Virus record (IMG/VR): IMGVR_UViG_3300028844_004984 | Strand: one strand, 5' to 3' | Origin: a virus | Length of the DNA stretch: 64,000 nt | Shown here: positions 58,305 to 64,000 of the stretch, piece after piece | How positions within the stretch are numbered: position 1 is the first letter of the stretch | Layout: each line of letters opens with the position of its first letter | Notes under the pieces: generated by a model | What the model saw: the letters and a program-made list of their open reading frames with translations, nothing else | Databases searched by the model: none | What the model was told of the DNA's origin: nothing | Program-made: the position numbers and the translations under genes

Positions 58305-59243
58305 ATGATTACGGCTGTATGGTCCTTTAGGAACTGTAAAGGGGAAGAACTATCTCGATTGGATATAATCCTTCCCCTTTTCTCTGCGATAATGTGGAGA
58401 AGATTCCACCCCCAACACAAAATGGTTCTATATGTTGATTCGGATTATATGACCGAATTTGATAAGTTCGGTTTGTTAGAATTTTGGGATGAAGTAAAGC
58501 ATCTCCCAAAGAGAACTGATATTGATATATCACATTTCTGGTCGATTTCTAAAATAGAAGCGATTGAGAACGAAGTGGGCCCGATTGTGCACGTCGATGG
58601 TGATTTTGTACCATATACATCTCTTGAGCTAAATACTGATGTGTTCGATGGTGGGATGGGTGTTACATTATTAGAAGAGATTTTGGATGCTGAACATTTA
58701 GCATACATCGATAGTTCAGAAGCAGCTGAGTTTGGTGGGATATCACCCACATTGTTTGAGTGGGATGATTTCGCAGACCAAACATCATTAATGTATTTAA
58801 ACAATGATGAACTCAAATCTAAATTTATTGAGGAGTTCTACAAATACGCAAAGGTGGTATCTGATAAGAAGATAGACCACAGATTGGCATACATCTTATT
58901 TATTGAACAAAAGTACCTCAGAGAGTTGGCGATGGATATGGGTATCGACAAGCGATATTTAATCAAAGATGCATATAAGGTGAGTAATTCAGGCACATTA
59001 CCCAATTTAGCCAATGGTGAACTTCCAATCGAAGAAGCTTGGGGATATTTTTATCACTATGGGCCACATAAAAACGGATTTAATCGTGATTTAGAGATGG
59101 CTAATCATTTAGGTACATATATATTACCAATTGTGAATGATGAAGAGTTAGCTAAGCTTTTTTGGAACATATACGCTCAGAAACCCTACAAAAAAAAGAA
59201 AGTTTCTTTTTGGAAGAGAATAATGAATAAGTTAACACAATGA
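58305..59243 (+). CDS. DUF6734-like / GT-A-like protein
   Basis: LYVD, FWS.SK, P.VHVDGD, EQ..L, HY. Confidence 0.5.
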   Translation: MITAVWSFRNCKGEELSRLDIILPLFSAIMWRRFHPQHKMVLYVDSDYMTEFDKFGLLEFWDEVKHLPKRTDIDISHFWSISKIEAIENEVGPIVHVDGDFVPYTSLELNTDVFDGGMGVTLLEEILDAEHLAYIDSSEAAEFGGISPTLFEWDDFADQTSLMYLNNDELKSKFIEEFYKYAKVVSDKKIDHRLAYILFIEQKYLRELAMDMGIDKRYLIKDAYKVSNSGTLPNLANGELPIEEAWGYFYHYGPHKNGFNRDLEMANHLGTYILPIVNDEELAKLFWNIYAQKPYKKKKVSFWKRIMNKLTQ

Positions 59244-59824
59244 AGAAGATTTTAACAACAATGGTATGTGTGTTATTTACACTAACCACATACTCACAAA
59301 GTAAGATTTGGGAAATAACAACTGATGTATTCCAAGTCAGATACTCAGAACCCCTACAACAGCCATTAAAAGTTACCTATAAGGTAATGTGTCCGAATGG
59401 GGATGCTAAGAGAAGTGGTATGGATTTCTATGGACACAGCGATGTATACACCTCAGATGTTGATGATTACAGAAACAACGTATGGGATAGGGGACATCTT
59501 GCTCCCGCAGCAGCATTCAATTGCGATAGAGAAACTTTGAAGAAAACATTCTCCTATCTAAATTGCGCACTCCAACACGAAGGACTCAATAGAGGTCCGT
59601 GGAAAGAGTTGGAACGATTCGAGCGTAACCTCGCTAAAATCTATGATGAGGTTTCAGTAAAGGTTGATATAATTTTCGAACGTAATGAGAAGGTCGCCGG
59701 AGGTGCGACTATTCCCACATATTTTGATAAAGAAATCTCATTTGGTAATCGAACGATTAAGTTTCGATTTCCGAACGAAGATTGTTCAGGAACCGATTGG
59801 TATAATTATCTAATCGAAGAATGA
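59240..59824 (+). CDS. Secreted DNA/RNA non-specific endonuclease (NucA/EndA beta-beta-alpha-Me family)
   Basis: Signal peptide; DRGHLAPAA, TF...N...Q...LNRG.W..LE, IP..F.K. Confidence 0.9.
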   Translation: MKKILTTMVCVLFTLTTYSQSKIWEITTDVFQVRYSEPLQQPLKVTYKVMCPNGDAKRSGMDFYGHSDVYTSDVDDYRNNVWDRGHLAPAAAFNCDRETLKKTFSYLNCALQHEGLNRGPWKELERFERNLAKIYDEVSVKVDIIFERNEKVAGGATIPTYFDKEISFGNRTIKFRFPNEDCSGTDWYNYLIEE

Positions 59825-59833
59825 TAAAGAAAA

Positions 59834-59872
59834 CCCCATTGATAGAGACGGTGACTGTTGATGGGGATTTTT
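59834..59872 (+). terminator. Stem-loop between nuclease and TBDR
   Basis: CCCCATTGATAG / CTGTTGATGGGG stem with G-U pairs, then ATTTTT. Confidence 0.55.
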
Positions 59873-59907
59873 ATGCTCACCGAAAAAACAATAATCAATA
59901 ATAGGAT

Positions 59908-62622
59908 ATGATGATGAAAAAACTATTATTTGCAGTAATGATGGCGGGTTTGCCATTTGTGAATACTTTTGCGCAAGTTAGCGGAAAAGTTTTAGGAGAA
60001 GGTAGTAAAGATGGACTTCCAGGGGCAACCGTATTAATTAAAGGAACTGCGGTTGGTTCAGTAACAGATACGGAAGGAAACTTTACAATCCCTTCAGCAA
60101 CTAAAACTGATACTCTTACGGTATCATTTTTGGGGTATCTACAATCAGAAAACATTGGTGGAGGCACCATAGTTTTACAACCTGATGTAGAATTGATAGG
60201 AGAGGTAATTGTTACCTCTGGCGTTATTGATATCGCTAAGGTGCGAGAAACACCTGTTGCGGTATCAAAAATCTCCCCACAGGAGATTGCACTAAAGACG
60301 GGAAACCAAGAGTTTCCTGAAATTATGAACCGAACTCCTGGCGTATATGCTACGAAGCAAGGTGGTGGTTATGGTGATTCCCGACTATCTCTACGTGGAT
60401 TCGACCAACGTAACACTTCATTTCTTATCAACGGACAACCCGTTAATGATATGGAAAATGGTTGGGTGTATTGGTCGAACTGGCAAGGTCTAACAGATGT
60501 TGCTAGTGGTATCCAAATTCAACGTGGCTTGGGTGCATCTCGATTGGCAGTTCCATCTGTTGGTGGTACTGTATCCATTTTCACCAAAGCAGCACAGCTC
60601 GATGAGGGTGGTTCAGTTGCACAAACTATGGGTAACGATGGTTATCTAAAAACAACAGTCAACTATAACTCAGGTAAAGATGAGAATGGTTGGGCTACAT
60701 CATTCCTATTAAGTAAGTGGGGTGGTGATGGTTATGTGTACAATACTTCAGGTGAAGGTTGGACTTACTTTGGTGCGGTTGGGTATGAGCCAGAGGGTTC
60801 ATCTCATAAAATGAATCTATCCGTATTAGGTGCTGGGCAGTGGCATCACCAACGTGATGTTTGGGTATCTATACGTGATTTCCAAAACTTTGGTGAAGCA
60901 AACGCCGATGGTATCGATGCTCGATGGAATTCAAACGGTGGAACGCGTGATGGAGAAGAGTTCAATATGAGAAGAAACTTCTACAACAAACCACTTGCTA
61001 CATTCAACTGGGATTGGGATATTACTGAAAACCTCACTTTGAACACATCTCTATATGGTTCTGCTGGTCGTGGTGGTGGTACTGGACCTCGTGGTAGAAA
61101 CTATGATGTACTTCCATACAGAAAAGATTTGTATGAGTTTATGTACGAAGATAGTGTAACTACATTCCGTAACGATGATGGAACTATCAACTATGATGCA
61201 ATTGTTGATGCTAACCAAGCAGGCGCTCAGCCATATGGTGTAGCCGATTCATTGGTTGACTCACCATTCTATGGTCAGTTGATTGGTTCCAATGGATTCT
61301 CAGATAATGGAGTGTACAGTGGCGGTATGATTCGTAGAGCATCTATGAACTCACATGATTGGGTTGGGGCAATCTCTAACTTAGAAGGTGAGTGGGGTAA
61401 TTGGAAAACATCATTGGGTGTTGACCTTCGTAGATACAAAGGGTATCATTATCGTGTAGTTAACGATTTGATGGGACTTGATGCATACTACTCTACTGGT
61501 AATGATAACTCAAATGGTCAGTTCATCAATACAACTGTAAACGCATCACCATTCAATAACACAGGATTAAACGGTCCTAAGATTGATTACTATAATGTTG
61601 GTAAAGTTGGATGGGCTGGTTTAAATGGTATGGTTGAGTACAACAAAGATGATAAATTCAACGCTGTTGTCCAAACAGGTGTATCGAATCAATCTTACCA
61701 AAGAGAAGATTACTTCGACCAACCAGAAAACCCAATTTCAGAAACATCTAACTTGTTAGGTGGTTATGTGAAGGGTGGTGCTAACTTCAACATCGATGAA
61801 AAGAACAATGTGTTCTTCAACGCGGGTTTGATTTCACGCCAACCAATGTTTGATGCGGTGTTCCCTAACTATGGAAACTCAATTAACGATGATTTACAGA
61901 ACGAAGAAATCCGTTCAATCGAATTGGGGTATGGTTATAATACTCGTGATTTGACTGTGAATGTGAACGCATACTCTACAAACTGGGGTAATCGTTTTAT
62001 CACTCGTTCATTGGCTAACCAACAAGGTGTTGATGGATTCGCTCAGTTCCGTGATATCGACGTACAACACAATGGTATCGAATTGGAAGCGAAGTACTAC
62101 ACTACCGATAAGTTGACTCTAACGGGTATGGTATCTGCTGGTGATTGGAAGTACACTAAGGACTTCACTTCAACGTTATACGATGAGAACCAAACTGAGA
62201 TTGGTACTGGTACATTGTACTTAGAAGGTGCTAAAGTGGGTGATGCTGCACAATTTGTGGCTAACTTGGGTGCTGACTACAAAGTTACCAAAAACATCTC
62301 TATGGATGCTGGATATCGTTTTGTTGATGGATTATACGCTGATTACTCAATTCTTGATGATGTGTTCACTCAGGATGATAATGCTGGCGCATTGAAGCTA
62401 CCTTCTTATGGTTTATTGGACTTGGGTATTACTGCTAGGGTTGGTAACTTCCAATTCAGAACCAATATGAACAACGCACTAAACACTACATATATTGCAG
62501 AATCTAACACAAACATTCACACTACTGAAACTTCAGATACGTGGAATGGTGTTGATACACAAAACTTTGTATGGTTTGGGTTTGGTAGAACTTGGAATGC
62601 TAGTTTGAAATACACTTTCTGA
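59908..62622 (+). CDS. TonB-dependent outer-membrane receptor (Bacteroidota type)
   Basis: Signal peptide, CarboxypepD_reg-like LPGATV.IKGT..G.VTD..GNF, plug PGVY..RGF..NG.P.ND, C-terminal GRTWNASLKYTF. Confidence 0.93.
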   Translation: MMMKKLLFAVMMAGLPFVNTFAQVSGKVLGEGSKDGLPGATVLIKGTAVGSVTDTEGNFTIPSATKTDTLTVSFLGYLQSENIGGGTIVLQPDVELIGEVIVTSGVIDIAKVRETPVAVSKISPQEIALKTGNQEFPEIMNRTPGVYATKQGGGYGDSRLSLRGFDQRNTSFLINGQPVNDMENGWVYWSNWQGLTDVASGIQIQRGLGASRLAVPSVGGTVSIFTKAAQLDEGGSVAQTMGNDGYLKTTVNYNSGKDENGWATSFLLSKWGGDGYVYNTSGEGWTYFGAVGYEPEGSSHKMNLSVLGAGQWHHQRDVWVSIRDFQNFGEANADGIDARWNSNGGTRDGEEFNMRRNFYNKPLATFNWDWDITENLTLNTSLYGSAGRGGGTGPRGRNYDVLPYRKDLYEFMYEDSVTTFRNDDGTINYDAIVDANQAGAQPYGVADSLVDSPFYGQLIGSNGFSDNGVYSGGMIRRASMNSHDWVGAISNLEGEWGNWKTSLGVDLRRYKGYHYRVVNDLMGLDAYYSTGNDNSNGQFINTTVNASPFNNTGLNGPKIDYYNVGKVGWAGLNGMVEYNKDDKFNAVVQTGVSNQSYQREDYFDQPENPISETSNLLGGYVKGGANFNIDEKNNVFFNAGLISRQPMFDAVFPNYGNSINDDLQNEEIRSIELGYGYNTRDLTVNVNAYSTNWGNRFITRSLANQQGVDGFAQFRDIDVQHNGIELEAKYYTTDKLTLTGMVSAGDWKYTKDFTSTLYDENQTEIGTGTLYLEGAKVGDAAQFVANLGADYKVTKNISMDAGYRFVDGLYADYSILDDVFTQDDNAGALKLPSYGLLDLGITARVGNFQFRTNMNNALNTTYIAESNTNIHTTETSDTWNGVDTQNFVWFGFGRTWNASLKYTF

Positions 62623-62632
62623 GTGTAGCTAC

Positions 62633-62640
62633 ATACTTAT
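62633..62640 (+). promoter_or_regulatory. Putative late promoter
   Basis: ATACTTAT. Confidence 0.45.
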
Positions 62641-62654
62641 ATAAAATAGATGAT

Positions 62655-62693
62655 GGAGGGGTGATTACAGAGGTAATCATCCCTTCGTTGTTT
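62655..62693 (+). terminator. Terminator-like hairpin
   Basis: GGAGGGGTGATTAC-AGAG-GTAATCATCCCTTC then GTTGTTT. Confidence 0.65.
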
Positions 62694-62761
62694 AGAATCA
62701 CAACATAGGTAACATAATATTTTTTATATGCCTTCACTCGAATGAAACCCAAGGAGCTTGT

Positions 62762-64000
62762 ATGCGTCTAATATCTTTTTTCTCTGTACTATTCTTTCTA
62801 CACTTCACAATCAAAGGTCAATGTGATGTAGCTATAACTGATGTGAATCTCAATACATATGAGGTTACAGTTGAAGTAATTAACTCAGCGGGATGTACCG
62901 CAAATGGACCAGGTGGTGTTAATGGGGCAGTAACCATGCTACAAATAGGTTATCACTTGCCAGAAGCCATCGATCCAGATAATGAGGTAGTTGACCTATT
63001 AACACTACCAAATGCTCCATGCAGTCCACAATGGGTAGATAATGGGTACAACTTAGGTATGAATCCTACTAGCTTTCATCCTGGTTGGTGGTATAGTCCA
63101 TCTACATCAGTAACTTTTCAATCAGATATTATGGGTGATGGGTTAATTACTGGCGATGTGGTTACCATCCCTCTTAATCCACCAGGTGATTATATTACTT
63201 ACCCCAACCCCGTTGCCGAATGTGGGGATGATTTAATTGATTATTGGTTATCAGAAGATGAATGTATTGAATTTGTAGTATGGCAATTAAATTATGGTTC
63301 AACTTGGTATGAAAACAATGGGGGCTGGGCAACGGGTGAAGGGCCTGGAACATATCAAGATCAAAATTGTAACAATTCGTGGTATCTATGTAGAGATGAG
63401 AATCCCGGTGCGGCTGTAGCATCTCCTGATTTTGCTTGCCCGCCAGATGCACCAGATGCAGTAGTTGGTGATATTGAGTTTGATATAGGTTGTATAGGTG
63501 ATATACCTACATATCAACTAACATACACAGTATTTAATTATGGTAATGCACCAATAACCGATTATTGTATTGAAATATGGAATGAAGATTATTATCAATG
63601 TTTTGATTCAGAACTTTTTGGTTCATATGAAATTGGAGTAGGTGAGGGTCAACAATTCACTACACCTTTTTTTGAATATGATGGCGGTGCTAGTATTTTT
63701 GTAGTTTCTGTTGATAATGTTAATGATGAAGTTATTACAGGTAATAACAATACTTCAGTTTACTATCCTGATGAGTTAGATGAATTAGTATGTCCTGAAG
63801 TGTGCGAACCAGATACTGTTGAAATTGAAACAATCACTTACATAACTCAAATAGATTCAATATTCATAACTGATACAGCATACGATACCATCTATATTCA
63901 ATTACCACCTGAAATAATCTATGATACTTTAGTAGTCATTGATGTTGTAGATAACTTCATCTATGATACCATTTATGTTGATAACTTCATCTATGATACC
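62762..64000 (+). CDS. Secreted acidic Cys-rich surface protein, 3' truncated (not in ORF track)
   Basis: Manual translation is open from ATG 62762 to the window end. Signal peptide MRLISFFSVLFFLHFTIKG|Q, CARDB-like V.NYG...V..E....NN, DTIY/DT repeats. Confidence 0.8.
   Translation, partial: MRLISFFSVLFFLHFTIKGQCDVAITDVNLNTYEVTVEVINSAGCTANGPGGVNGAVTMLQIGYHLPEAIDPDNEVVDLLTLPNAPCSPQWVDNGYNLGMNPTSFHPGWWYSPSTSVTFQSDIMGDGLITGDVVTIPLNPPGDYITYPNPVAECGDDLIDYWLSEDECIEFVVWQLNYGSTWYENNGGWATGEGPGTYQDQNCNNSWYLCRDENPGAAVASPDFACPPDAPDAVVGDIEFDIGCIGDIPTYQLTYTVFNYGNAPITDYCIEIWNEDYYQCFDSELFGSYEIGVGEGQQFTTPFFEYDGGASIFVVSVDNVNDEVITGNNNTSVYYPDELDELVCPEVCEPDTVEIETITYITQIDSIFITDTAYDTIYIQLPPEIIYDTLVVIDVVDNFIYDTIYVDNFIYDT
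63950..64000 (+). repeat. Start of a 30-bp tandem repeat (DNFIYDTIYV)
   Basis: GATAACTTCATCTATGATACC present twice, 30 nt apart, cut by the window end. Confidence 0.7.

Overview
64 kb segment of a large, T4-like dsDNA phage, most likely infecting a (probably marine) Bacteroidota/Flavobacteriia host. All credible genes are on the + strand and use genetic code 11. Host evidence: Bacteroidota-type -33/-7 promoters, mostly SD-less starts, a T9SS C-terminal sorting domain and a TonB-dependent receptor. Layout: (1) 1-16.6 kb T4-like replisome and nucleotide genes (helicase, class I RNR, family B polymerase, clamp, clamp loaders) interleaved with two Mom-like genes, a GT-B glycosyltransferase, a DruA/DUF4338-like gene and an Nmad1-like gene; (2) 17.5-36.2 kb glycan-biosynthesis island including NeuA/NeuB-like genes, plus IMPDH/GMPR; (3) 37-43.6 kb envelope/lysis block with a Cys-repeat T9SS cargo protein, an OM barrel and a holin; (4) 43.8-49.3 kb modular proteins punctuated by (L/I/V)xE sites, probably capsid-internal cargo; (5) 49.4-53.3 kb small early-type genes with tandem TTAACA boxes; (6) GroEL, J-domain, SET-domain and NUDIX genes; (7) a secreted nuclease, a TonB-dependent receptor and a second secreted repeat protein running off the window end. 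The strongest candidate new system is a replisome-coupled DNA-modification module. All family assignments are motif recognition by eye; no database searches were run.
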